Shown: positions 17,416 through 25,648 of the stretch, piece by piece
How the letters are laid out: each line of letters opens with the position of its first letter
Position numbering within the stretch: position 1 is the first letter of the stretch
DNA from: Candidatus Dormibacteria bacterium
Lineage (GTDB): Bacteria; Chloroflexota; Dormibacteria; DASZGP01
Direction of reading: 5' to 3'
Assembly: GCA_046262455.1 (NCBI GenBank)
Contig: JBHEMS010000014.1
Coordinates: 4,730-68,729, forward strand
Length of the DNA: 64,000 bases
Notes under the pieces: model-generated
Told to the model about the DNA's origin: nothing
What the model saw: the letters and a program-made list of their open reading frames with translations, nothing else
The model's database searches: none
Translations under genes and position numbers: made by a program

Positions 17416-18603
17416 ATGACGCGGGTCCTGTGGGTCACCGCCGAGCCACCTGATTTCTCCCGCTCAGGCGGCAGCATCCGCCAGGCGCAGCTACTGAGGG
17501 CGCTGGCAAAACGTGCCGACATCCACCTGCTGGTGGCAGGCCGGGTCCAGGACGAACATGTCCGCACCGGGCTGAGTGAAGTCACCGAGGTGGCGGCGCC
17601 GGGGGCGGATGTGCGACACAGCCGCACCTGGTGGCGGATGCAGCGACTGCGCGGCGCTCTGCTGGAGTCCGACCCGCACGAGGTGGTTGTCAGCCGCGCG
17701 GTGCGCGCGTCACTGGCGGCGGGACTGGCCGGCGTCGACGACCACGACATCACGATCGTCGAGCACACCTGGCTCGCGGGGCTGCTGGGCCGTGGCCGGG
17801 CGGGCGCGTGGATGATCGACCTGCAACAGCTCGCCCTCCGTCAGGCCGAGCAGGCGTTGCGCGCGGCGACCCGCCGGCGCACACGAGTCATCAACGCGCT
17901 CGAGGTGACACGGGCCCGGCGTCATGAGGCCTGGATCGCCGCGTCGTACGACCGGGTGTTCGTCGCGTCGGCGCAGGACCAGGCCAACTTCCCCGGGTCC
18001 TCGGTGGTGGTGCCCAACGGGGCGGACCTGGCCGCCTACCCGAAGGGTTGGCGCGCCGCCCCCGACCCCGACTCGATGCTCTTCGTGGGTCACCTGGCGT
18101 ACCTGCCCAACGTCGAAGGGTTGATATGGTTCTGCCACCGGGTGCTGCCGCTGGTGCGGGCCCGACGGCCGCGGGCGCAGCTGCAGGTCATCGGGCGCGA
18201 ACCGGTGCCGGAGGTGATGGCACTGGCCCGGCTGGCGGGTGTCTCGGTGGCGCCGGAGGCCCCCGAAATCCGCCCCTACCTGGCGGCGGCGGCGCTGGAG
18301 GTGGTGCCGCTGATGGTCGGCTCCGGCACCCGTCTCAAGGCGCTGGAGGCGCTGGCCGCCGGCGTGCCGCTGGTGGGGACAACCGTGGGCCTGGAGGGGC
18401 TCGACCTGGTGCACGGCGAGACGGCGATGATCGCCGACACCGCCGAGGACATGGCGGCGGCGGTCGTCCGCGTGCTGGAGGACCGCGCCACGGCAACCGG
18501 GCTGGCGAGCGCCGGCCGGACCCATGTCGAGGAGCGCTTTGGTTGGGAAACCATCGGCAAATCGTTTACCGACGCGGTGCTCGCCCCGGCTACCTCCAGG
18601 TGA
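17416..18603 (+). CDS. GT4/GT1-type glycosyltransferase
   Basis: MTRVLWVTAEPPDFSRSGGSIRQAQLLRAL at the N-terminus, and VVPLMVGSGTRLKALEALAAGVPLVGT at the C-terminus. Confidence 0.8.
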   Translation: MTRVLWVTAEPPDFSRSGGSIRQAQLLRALAKRADIHLLVAGRVQDEHVRTGLSEVTEVAAPGADVRHSRTWWRMQRLRGALLESDPHEVVVSRAVRASLAAGLAGVDDHDITIVEHTWLAGLLGRGRAGAWMIDLQQLALRQAEQALRAATRRRTRVINALEVTRARRHEAWIAASYDRVFVASAQDQANFPGSSVVVPNGADLAAYPKGWRAAPDPDSMLFVGHLAYLPNVEGLIWFCHRVLPLVRARRPRAQLQVIGREPVPEVMALARLAGVSVAPEAPEIRPYLAAAALEVVPLMVGSGTRLKALEALAAGVPLVGTTVGLEGLDLVHGETAMIADTAEDMAAAVVRVLEDRATATGLASAGRTHVEERFGWETIGKSFTDAVLAPATSR

Positions 18604-20134
18604 GCTTGGGCGACCGCGCCGCGCGCACCTCGTCGAGGCGCCCAACCGGGGTCTCATGCGGTGCGTGCTTGACGAACTCGGGGTCGCGCTGGACCTCATC
18701 CCAGATCTGCCGCATCGCGGCCACAAATGCGTCCAGTGTCTCGCGCGACTCGGTCTCGGTGGGCTCGACCATCAGTGACTCGGGAACAGTCAGCGGGAAG
18801 CTCACGGTGGGCGCGTAGAAGCCGTAGTCCAGGAGCCGTTTGGCGATGTCGATGTTGCGCACGCCAAGCTCCTTGGCCTTCCGGGTGGTGAGCACAAATT
18901 CATGGAGGCTGGGCTCGTCCGACGCCACCTCGAACACCGCCGCCAGCTGCACCTTGAGGTAGTTGGCGTTGAGCACCGCATCCTGGGCCACCTGCCGGAG
19001 CCCGTCACCGCCGTAGGCCCGCATGTAGGCGTAGGCCTTGACCAGCACGGCGAAGTTCCCGAAGAAGCTGCGCACCTTGCCGATGGTCTCCGGGCGATCC
19101 CAGTCCAGGCGGTAGGTGTGCGAATCGTCGCGCTCCACCGTCGGCACCGGCAGGTACTGCGCGAGCCGCGCCTTGACCCCGCAGGGGCCCGCGCCAGGGC
19201 CACCGCCGCCGTGGGGGGTGGAAAAGGTTTTGTGAAGATTGAGGTGGACGACGTCGAAGCCCATGTCTCCGGGCCGCGCGACACCCACCAGGGCGTTCAG
19301 GTTGGCGCCGTCGTAGTAGAGCAGCGCACCGTGCTCGTGGGCCAGGCGCGCGATGGTCTTGATGTCACGCTCGAACAGCCCCAGGGTGTTGGGGTTGGTG
19401 AGCATGATGGCGGCGACGTGGGGGCCGAGCTTGGCGCGGTAATCCTCGAGGTCGACGAGGCCGCGGGCGTCGGACTTCACGGTCACTGCCTTGAGGCCGG
19501 CGAGGGTGGCCGACGCGGGGTTGGTGCCGTGGGCTGAGTCCGGCACCAGGACGGTGTCGCGCTGCGAGCCCTCCCCCTTGGCCTCGTGGAAGGCCTGGAT
19601 GATGCGCAGCCCGGTCCACTCGCCGTGCGCCCCCGCGGCCGGCTGCAGGCTGATGCGGTCCATGCCGGTGATCTCGATCAGCCACCGCTCCAGCTCGTGG
19701 AGCAGCCGCAGCGCCCCCTGCACGGTGTCCACCGGCTGGTAGGGATGAAGGTGCGCGAAGCCGTCAAGTCGCACCAGCGCCTCGTTCACCGCGGGGTTGT
19801 ACTTCATGGTGCAGCTGCCCAGCGGGTAGAGGCCCTGCTGCAGCGAGAACGTTCGCCGGGCGAGGCGGCCGAAGTGGCGGAGCACCTCTGGCTCACTGGT
19901 GTTGGGGATGGCGGCCGGCTGTTGGCGCAGGACCCCCGCGGGAAGGACGGCGGTCAGGTCAAGGGCCGGCACGCCAGCCGCCGGCAGCTGGGGGCCATGG
20001 TGCGGGTGGCGGCGCAACTCGGTGAGCAGCGGCTCAGGGCCGGTGCCGCTGGCGTGGGCACGGGGGCCGGCGTGGCCCAGCAGCGCGCTCTCCGCGGGTG
20101 CGACGTCCTTCTGCGGCTCGATGTCGATGGTCAC
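18590..20134 (-). CDS. gcvPB: glycine dehydrogenase (decarboxylating) subunit 2
   Basis: LYPLGSCTMKYNP...HLNLHKTFSTPHGGGGPG contains the PLP-lysine region typical of GcvPB. Confidence 0.95.
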   Translation of the reverse strand: MTIDIEPQKDVAPAESALLGHAGPRAHASGTGPEPLLTELRRHPHHGPQLPAAGVPALDLTAVLPAGVLRQQPAAIPNTSEPEVLRHFGRLARRTFSLQQGLYPLGSCTMKYNPAVNEALVRLDGFAHLHPYQPVDTVQGALRLLHELERWLIEITGMDRISLQPAAGAHGEWTGLRIIQAFHEAKGEGSQRDTVLVPDSAHGTNPASATLAGLKAVTVKSDARGLVDLEDYRAKLGPHVAAIMLTNPNTLGLFERDIKTIARLAHEHGALLYYDGANLNALVGVARPGDMGFDVVHLNLHKTFSTPHGGGGPGAGPCGVKARLAQYLPVPTVERDDSHTYRLDWDRPETIGKVRSFFGNFAVLVKAYAYMRAYGGDGLRQVAQDAVLNANYLKVQLAAVFEVASDEPSLHEFVLTTRKAKELGVRNIDIAKRLLDYGFYAPTVSFPLTVPESLMVEPTETESRETLDAFVAAMRQIWDEVQRDPEFVKHAPHETPVGRLDEVRAARSPKLTWR

Positions 20135-21468
20135 GGCAACGCCTCCACGAAGGCGTCGAGCGACTCAGGGCTATTCATCTCCGTGACCGCCACCAGGATG
20201 CAGTCGGTGAGGTCGCGGTCGAAGCGGCCGAGGTCCACCCCACCGAGGATCCCCTGGTCCCGCAGCACCCCCAGCACCTGGTGCGTGGGCTTCTCGCAGC
20301 GCACCGCGAACTCCCACAGGAACGGGCTTTCAAAGGCCATGGAGTAGCCGGGCTTGGCGGCGATCATCGCGGCCAGGTGATGGGCGCGCGCGGCGCTGAC
20401 CTCGGCCACCCGGCGGAGACCCTTCTCGCCCATCACCGAGAGGTAGGCGGTGGCCCCGAGGGCGATCAGGGCCTGGTTGGTGCAGATGTTGCTGGTGGCC
20501 GACTCGCGGCGGATGTGCTGCTCGCGGGCCTGCAGGGTGAGGACGAAGCCGCGCTGACCGTCGCCGTCCACTGTCTCTCCCGCCAGCCGCCCGGGGATCT
20601 TGCGCAGCAGTTCGCCCGACGCTGCCAGGTAGCCGCAGTAGGGCCCTCCGTACCAGAGTGGGATGCCCAGCTGTTGACACTCGCCCACCGCGATGTCCGC
20701 GCCGTACTCCCCGGGCGGGGCCAGGACCGCCAGAGACACGGGGTCGGCGGAAACGATCGCCAGCGCGCCGTGTTGGTGGGCCAGCGCGGTCAGCGCGGGG
20801 CCGTCCTCCAGGCCCCCGAAGAAGTTGGGCTGCTGGAAGATGACCGCGGCGCTGTCATCGAGCGCGGCGGCCAGGGCCTCGATGTCGGCGGTGCCGCCGC
20901 TGGTCATCGGGGTGGCAGCGACCTCGAACCCGCGGCCCGCGCCATAGGTGCGCAGCACCGCCAGGTACTCGGGGTGGATGGTGCCGGCGACCACCACCCT
21001 CTGGCGGCCGGTGTGTACCACGGCCATCACCGCGGCCTCGGCCATGGCCGTCGCCGCCTCGTACATCGACGCGTTGGCCACGTCCATGGCGGTGAGTTCG
21101 GCAATCATCGACTGGAACTCGAAGATGGTCTGCAGCCAGCCCTGGCTGGCCTCCGCCTGGTAGGGCGTGTAGGCGGTGTAGAACTCGGGCCTGCTGATCA
21201 CCTGGCTCACCGCGGAAGGGATGAAACGCCGGTAGGCGCCGGCGCCGAGGAAGCTCTCCAGCCGGGTGAGGTCCTGGTTCTCGCGGGCCAGCTTGCTGAA
21301 GTACTCGGTGAGCTCCTGCTCGGACATCCCGCCGGGGAGTTCCAGGCGGTGGTCCAGGTCCGCTGGGAGGGACGCGAACAGCGCCTCCTGGGAGCCCGCC
21401 CCCACCACCTCGAGCATCGCCGCGCGGTCCTCGCCGGACAGCGGCAGGTAACGGTGCTGAAGCGTCAG
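20131..21468 (-). CDS. gcvPA: glycine dehydrogenase (decarboxylating) subunit 1
   Basis: HRYLPLSGEDRAAMLEVVG...FLGAGAY...TPYQAE matches the GcvPA N-terminus. The probable CTG start overlaps the gcvH TGA (CTGA). The ORF-track ATG at 21552 would overlap gcvH by 88 nt. Confidence 0.9.
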   Translation of the reverse strand: MTLQHRYLPLSGEDRAAMLEVVGAGSQEALFASLPADLDHRLELPGGMSEQELTEYFSKLARENQDLTRLESFLGAGAYRRFIPSAVSQVISRPEFYTAYTPYQAEASQGWLQTIFEFQSMIAELTAMDVANASMYEAATAMAEAAVMAVVHTGRQRVVVAGTIHPEYLAVLRTYGAGRGFEVAATPMTSGGTADIEALAAALDDSAAVIFQQPNFFGGLEDGPALTALAHQHGALAIVSADPVSLAVLAPPGEYGADIAVGECQQLGIPLWYGGPYCGYLAASGELLRKIPGRLAGETVDGDGQRGFVLTLQAREQHIRRESATSNICTNQALIALGATAYLSVMGEKGLRRVAEVSAARAHHLAAMIAAKPGYSMAFESPFLWEFAVRCEKPTHQVLGVLRDQGILGGVDLGRFDRDLTDCILVAVTEMNSPESLDAFVEALP

Positions 21469-21842
21469 AGGCCCTCCGTGAACCCGGTGTAGCCGGCCTC
21501 GTCGAGGAGCTCGCCCGAGAGCGGCTCGGTGAGCTCGACTTCCAGCATCCAACCCTCGCCGTAGCTGTCGCTGTTGACCAGTTCGGGAGTCTGCGTCAGC
21601 GCCGGGTTGGCCTGCTTGACCGTGCCGCTGACCGGTGAGTAGAGGTCCGAAGCGGCCTTGACCGATTCGATCACCCCGAACTTGCCGCCGGCGGCGACCT
21701 CGGTGCCGGGCTTGGGCAACTCCACGTAGATGACGTCACCCAGCTGCGCCTGCGCGTACTCGGTGATGCCGATGCGGGCGGAGTCCCCGTCCGCCGCCAC
21801 CCATTCATGGCTCCTGCTGAACTTGTACTTCGAAAGATCCAT
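21465..21842 (-). CDS. gcvH: glycine cleavage system H protein
   Basis: MDLSKYKFSRSHEWV...GITEYAQAQLGDVIYVELP...ESVKAASDLYSPVSG contains the lipoyl-lysine motif. The start is Met at 21842. Confidence 0.95.
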   Translation of the reverse strand: MDLSKYKFSRSHEWVAADGDSARIGITEYAQAQLGDVIYVELPKPGTEVAAGGKFGVIESVKAASDLYSPVSGTVKQANPALTQTPELVNSDSYGEGWMLEVELTEPLSGELLDEAGYTGFTEGL

Positions 21843-21849
21843 CCAGGGA

Positions 21850-22503
21850 TTATCGGTTCTGCGACCGCTGGGCCAGGCTGGCGGCGACAAAGTCATCAAG
21901 GTAGGGGTCCAGTTCCTCGGCGGACATCATGACCTGCTCCCGCGCCTGGACCCGGCCCTCCCACCAGTGGGTCAGGACGCGGTCGTCGGGCGACAGGCCG
22001 GCGGCGAACCGGGCGGGAAAGTGGGCCGTCGGGCGCCCCTGGAGGACGTGGTGCTTGAAGACGAAGCGCAGCCCCTCCCCATCGAGGTCCACCAGCCAGC
22101 GGTGGTGCCCCCAGCCGACCCAGGGGCCCTGGATCCCGTAGGTCTGCTCCTCCAGCCGTGACGGCACCTCGATGTAGCCGGCGCGCGCCACCCGGCTCAG
22201 CTCCTGGCAAACCCAGATGGGGTCGCGGATGTCCTCCAGGGTGTGTGAGCAGACGGCGAAGTCGAATGAGTCGTCGGCAAAGGGCAGGGGCGCGCGGTCG
22301 CAGATGTCCCGCGCCACCCACGTCGCCGCGGTGAACCGCTCGGGCAGCTCACCATCGCGGCCGAAGAGGCCGCGGGTTTGATAGGGCATGTGGTCGACCA
22401 CCCAGTCGGCGCGGGTCAGGGGCTTGGCCCAACCGCCGACGTCCAGCACCCGGGCGTCCGGCGGCACCTCGCGGAGGAGGCGGCGAAGGCTGCTCTCGAT
22501 CAC
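21850..22503 (-). CDS. class I methyltransferase-like protein inserted in the gcv operon
   Basis: ARVLDVGGWAKP...FDFAVCSHTLEDIRDP...ARAGYIEVP (motif I and post-II). The GTG start at 22503 lies just downstream of the gcvT stop. Confidence 0.65.
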   Translation of the reverse strand: MIESSLRRLLREVPPDARVLDVGGWAKPLTRADWVVDHMPYQTRGLFGRDGELPERFTAATWVARDICDRAPLPFADDSFDFAVCSHTLEDIRDPIWVCQELSRVARAGYIEVPSRLEEQTYGIQGPWVGWGHHRWLVDLDGEGLRFVFKHHVLQGRPTAHFPARFAAGLSPDDRVLTHWWEGRVQAREQVMMSAEELDPYLDDFVAASLAQRSQNR

Positions 22504-22525
22504 CGGGAGGTCGGGTGGCGGGAGG

Positions 22526-23626
22526 TCAGGCGCGCGGGCGCTTGTAGAAGGGCATCGGCACGCGCCGCGCGGCGACCGGCTCCCCACGGATCTCGACGGT
22601 GAGGGCCGGGGAGTCCACAGAGCCCCGCTCGACATAACCCATCGCCACCGCCCTGCCGAGAGTAAATGAAAACGTCCCCGACGTTACCTCGCCCACCTCG
22701 CGGCCCCCATCGCTGATGCGCTGGCCGTGCCGGGCGATCGCGCGGCCCTCCAGCCCCAGGCCGATCAACTGCCGTTTCAGCCCCTCATCCCGGACGCCCT
22801 GGAGGGCGTCGCGGCCAATGAAGTCGCCCTTGTCCAGCTTGACTGCCCAGCCCAGGCCGGCCTCCAGCGGGTTGGTGGTCTCGTCGATGTCCTGGCCGGA
22901 AAGCCGCATCGAGGCCTCGAGGCGCAGCGTGTCACGGGCGCCCAGGCCGCATGGCCGGATGCCCCGCGGCGCCCCCGCCTCAAGGATGAGGTCCCAGGCC
23001 TCTCCCGCACGATCCCAGGGCACGAATACCTCGAAGCCGTCCTCGCCGGTGTAGCCGGTCCGGCTCCAGCGTGCGGGGATGTCGCCCAGCCGGCCCTCGG
23101 CGTGGTGGTAGTAGCCGATGTCGTCAAGCGCCAGGTCGGTCAGCGGGCGCAGCACCTCGATGGCCCTGGGCCCCTGGACGGCGATCAGCCCGGTGCGCTC
23201 GGTGGCGTCATCAATCGGTTGGTCGCCGGCGGCAGCGCGGAAGTGGTCGAGGTCCTTGAGCCGCGTGCCGGCGTTGACCACCACCAGGAAGCGCTCGGCG
23301 GCAATGCGATAGACCAGCGCGTCGTCGATGACGCCGCCGGCCTGGTCGCAGACGATGTTGTAGCGCGCCTGGCCGTCGACGAGGTCGTCGAGGCGGTTGC
23401 TGAGGATGCGGTCCAGCGTCGCCTCGGCGCGCGGCCCATCGAGATGGAACTCGCCCATGTGCGAGACGTCGAACACCCCCACGCCCTGGCGAACGGCGAG
23501 GTGCTCCTCGCGCATCGAGGAGTACTGCAGCGGCATCATCCAGCCACCGAACTCGACCATCTGCCCACCGGCCGCGGCGTGGCGGTCGTAGAGCGGGGTC
23601 CGCAGCGCCTGGGTCGTCGTGGTCAC
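22526..23626 (-). CDS. gcvT: aminomethyltransferase (glycine cleavage T protein)
   Basis: TPLYDRHAAAGGQMVEFGGWMMPLQY...GVFDVSHMGEF...YTGEDGFE. The GTG start overlaps the upstream stop (GTGA). Confidence 0.95.
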   Translation of the reverse strand: MTTTTQALRTPLYDRHAAAGGQMVEFGGWMMPLQYSSMREEHLAVRQGVGVFDVSHMGEFHLDGPRAEATLDRILSNRLDDLVDGQARYNIVCDQAGGVIDDALVYRIAAERFLVVVNAGTRLKDLDHFRAAAGDQPIDDATERTGLIAVQGPRAIEVLRPLTDLALDDIGYYHHAEGRLGDIPARWSRTGYTGEDGFEVFVPWDRAGEAWDLILEAGAPRGIRPCGLGARDTLRLEASMRLSGQDIDETTNPLEAGLGWAVKLDKGDFIGRDALQGVRDEGLKRQLIGLGLEGRAIARHGQRISDGGREVGEVTSGTFSFTLGRAVAMGYVERGSVDSPALTVEIRGEPVAARRVPMPFYKRPRA

Positions 23627-24273
23627 TGGTCTGGCCCAGCCCCCTGGGGACGGCGACGGGGGTCCGGCGCCTCCTCCTCGTCGACGAAGTCGATCCCCAG
23701 GTTGTCGGCGTCGGCGTCGTCGAGGAAGGTGATGGTCGCCGCGTCGTTGCGCTCGCGCGCCAGGTCGAGCATCCGCTCGATCCGCTCCAAACGCCCCTCC
23801 TCCCAGCCCAGCAACTTCTCCATCTCCACCGGCGTCGCCTCGCGCCGGTTGGCGCGCCGGAACATCACCTGGGCGGTCTCCAGCGTCTTCACGTCGGTGA
23901 CGTCGGAGTCGAGCTCCTTCCTGGCGTCATCCTCGGCCTGGATCAGGGAGTCGATCTGGAGCCCGATGTGGAGACTGGCGAACTCGCGGAAACCACCCTG
24001 GCCGGTGTAGGCGCCGATGGCGTCGACCAGGCCCAGGGTGCCCTCCTGGTAGAGGTCGGAAAATTGCAGACCCTTGCCCAGGTGGCTGTCAGACTGGGCC
24101 ACGACCAGGTCGAGGTTGCGCTCCACCAGGGTGGTCACCGCACCGGCGTCGGGTCGCCGCGCGAGGAGGTCACGCTCCTCGTCGGCGGATAGGCGCCTGT
24201 AGGCCTTCGCCTGCCTGCGCAGCTCGGTTTCGAGCTGCTCCTCCCGCTCCCTGTGCAGTGGACCCTCCGTCAC
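23623..24273 (-). CDS. sigma-70-like protein with regions 1.2/2/3 only (no region 4)
   Basis: LVERNLDLVV...FSDLYQEGTLGLVDAIGAY resembles region 2.1-2.2. REATPVEMEKLLGWEEGRLERIERML resembles region 3. It ends at ...NLGIDFVDEEEA, where region 4 would normally begin. Confidence 0.7.
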   Translation of the reverse strand: MTEGPLHREREEQLETELRRQAKAYRRLSADEERDLLARRPDAGAVTTLVERNLDLVVAQSDSHLGKGLQFSDLYQEGTLGLVDAIGAYTGQGGFREFASLHIGLQIDSLIQAEDDARKELDSDVTDVKTLETAQVMFRRANRREATPVEMEKLLGWEEGRLERIERMLDLARERNDAATITFLDDADADNLGIDFVDEEEAPDPRRRPQGAGPDQ

Positions 24274-24309
24274 TCATGAATCATAGGAAGGGCGCCGTAC
24301 CATGGCGGT

Positions 24310-25623
24310 ATGGCACGCGCGCTTCGCGTGGTCCTGGCCGCTGTGCTCCTGGCTGCGGGCATCCTGTCTGGCGCCACGCCCGCGACCGCGACCCAGCCCA
24401 GGGTGACGCAGCTGAGGATCGACGGCGTGATCAACGTGTTCACCGCGGACTACATCGTCAACGGGCTGGACGCCGCCCGGAGGGATGGCGCCGAGCTGGT
24501 GGTCATCGGCATGGACACCCCGGGCGGGATCGACAGCTCGATGCGGCGGATCATCCAGGCGATCCTCGCCAGTCCCCTGCCGGTCGCGGTCTACGTCGGA
24601 CCCTCGGGCGCCCGGGCCGCCAGCGCCGGGCTCTACATCACCCAGGCGGCGGACATCGTCGCCATGGCCCCGGGCACCAACATCGGCTCAGCTCACCCGG
24701 TGTTCATCAGCGCCGGCGGCGCGGCCGGCGGGAGTGGCTCGAGCGTGGAGGACCAGAAGGTGCTCAACGACTCCGTCGCCTACATCCAGGGACTGGCGAC
24801 GCTGCACCATCGCAATGTCGAGTGGGCGACGGACGCGGTGAAGAACAGCGTCAACGTGCCCGCCGAGCAGGCGGTCACGCTGCATGTGGCGGACCGCCTG
24901 AGCCGCGACCTTCCGACGCTGCTGCGGGACATCGACGGCCAGCAGGTCAGCAAGCACGAGCGGTCGATCACCGTCCATTCCGCGAGCGCCCTGGTCGAGG
25001 TGCGGGACATGGGCTACGGCCAGGGGGTCCTCCACGCCCTCGCGGATCCCCAGGTCGCCTACCTCTTCTTGCTGCTGGCGATACTGGCGATCGGCTTCGA
25101 GATCACGCACCCGGGGGCGGTCCTGCCCGGCGTTATCGGGGTGATCGCAGCGGCCCTGGCCCTGGTGGCGTTCGAGAGCCTGCCCGTCAACCTCGCCGGC
25201 GTGGCGCTGGTGCTGTTCGCCCTGGTGCTGTTCGCGGTCGACATCCACGCCCCAAGCCACGGCGTGCTGACCGGCGGAGGGGTGCTGTCGCTGGCGCTGG
25301 GGTCATTCCTGGTGCTCGATGCCGGCGCGCCCTTCCTGGAACCGAACCTCTGGCTCGCGGTGCTACCGCCGCTGGCGGTGGGCCTGATGCTGGCATTCCT
25401 GGTCTCGCGCGCGATCGCCGCGCGGCGCAGGCCGATTGCCGTGGGGGCGTCGACCCTGCTTGGCGTCGAGGGCGAGGCTCGCGGCGACGTCGGGCCAGGA
25501 GGTGGCCTGGTGATGGTCGATGGCGCGCTGTGGCAGGCCAGCGCCCCGGTGACCCTGGGCCCGGGCACCCGGGTGCGCGTGCGGGCGGTCGATGGTCTTC
25601 GCCTGACGGTCGAACGGGCCTAA
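24310..25623 (+). CDS. NfeD-family membrane-bound ClpP-class serine protease
   Basis: An N-terminal signal or TM segment is followed by VVIGMDTPGGIDSSMRRIIQAI (ClpP/SppA fold). Several TM helices and a C-terminal NfeD OB-like segment (MVDGALWQASAP) follow. Confidence 0.85.
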   Translation: MARALRVVLAAVLLAAGILSGATPATATQPRVTQLRIDGVINVFTADYIVNGLDAARRDGAELVVIGMDTPGGIDSSMRRIIQAILASPLPVAVYVGPSGARAASAGLYITQAADIVAMAPGTNIGSAHPVFISAGGAAGGSGSSVEDQKVLNDSVAYIQGLATLHHRNVEWATDAVKNSVNVPAEQAVTLHVADRLSRDLPTLLRDIDGQQVSKHERSITVHSASALVEVRDMGYGQGVLHALADPQVAYLFLLLAILAIGFEITHPGAVLPGVIGVIAAALALVAFESLPVNLAGVALVLFALVLFAVDIHAPSHGVLTGGGVLSLALGSFLVLDAGAPFLEPNLWLAVLPPLAVGLMLAFLVSRAIAARRRPIAVGASTLLGVEGEARGDVGPGGGLVMVDGALWQASAPVTLGPGTRVRVRAVDGLRLTVERA

Positions 25624-25648
25624 CCGGCGCGTTAGTCAGCGCCGGGCG

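Noticed and set aside
24274-24309. A glycine riboswitch expected upstream of the gcv operon.
   Set aside because: Only 36 nt of intergenic DNA lie upstream of the first operon gene, and about 22 nt lie upstream of gcvH-side genes. That is too short for a riboswitch of 100 nt or more, and no glycine-riboswitch-like conserved core was seen by eye. A covariance-model scan was not possible.
25624-25645. The small hairpin CCGGCGC-gttagtca-GCGCCGG between convergent nfeD and the GT4 gene, considered as a terminator.
   Set aside because: The stem is only 7 bp with no U-tract on either strand. That is too weak to list as a feature.
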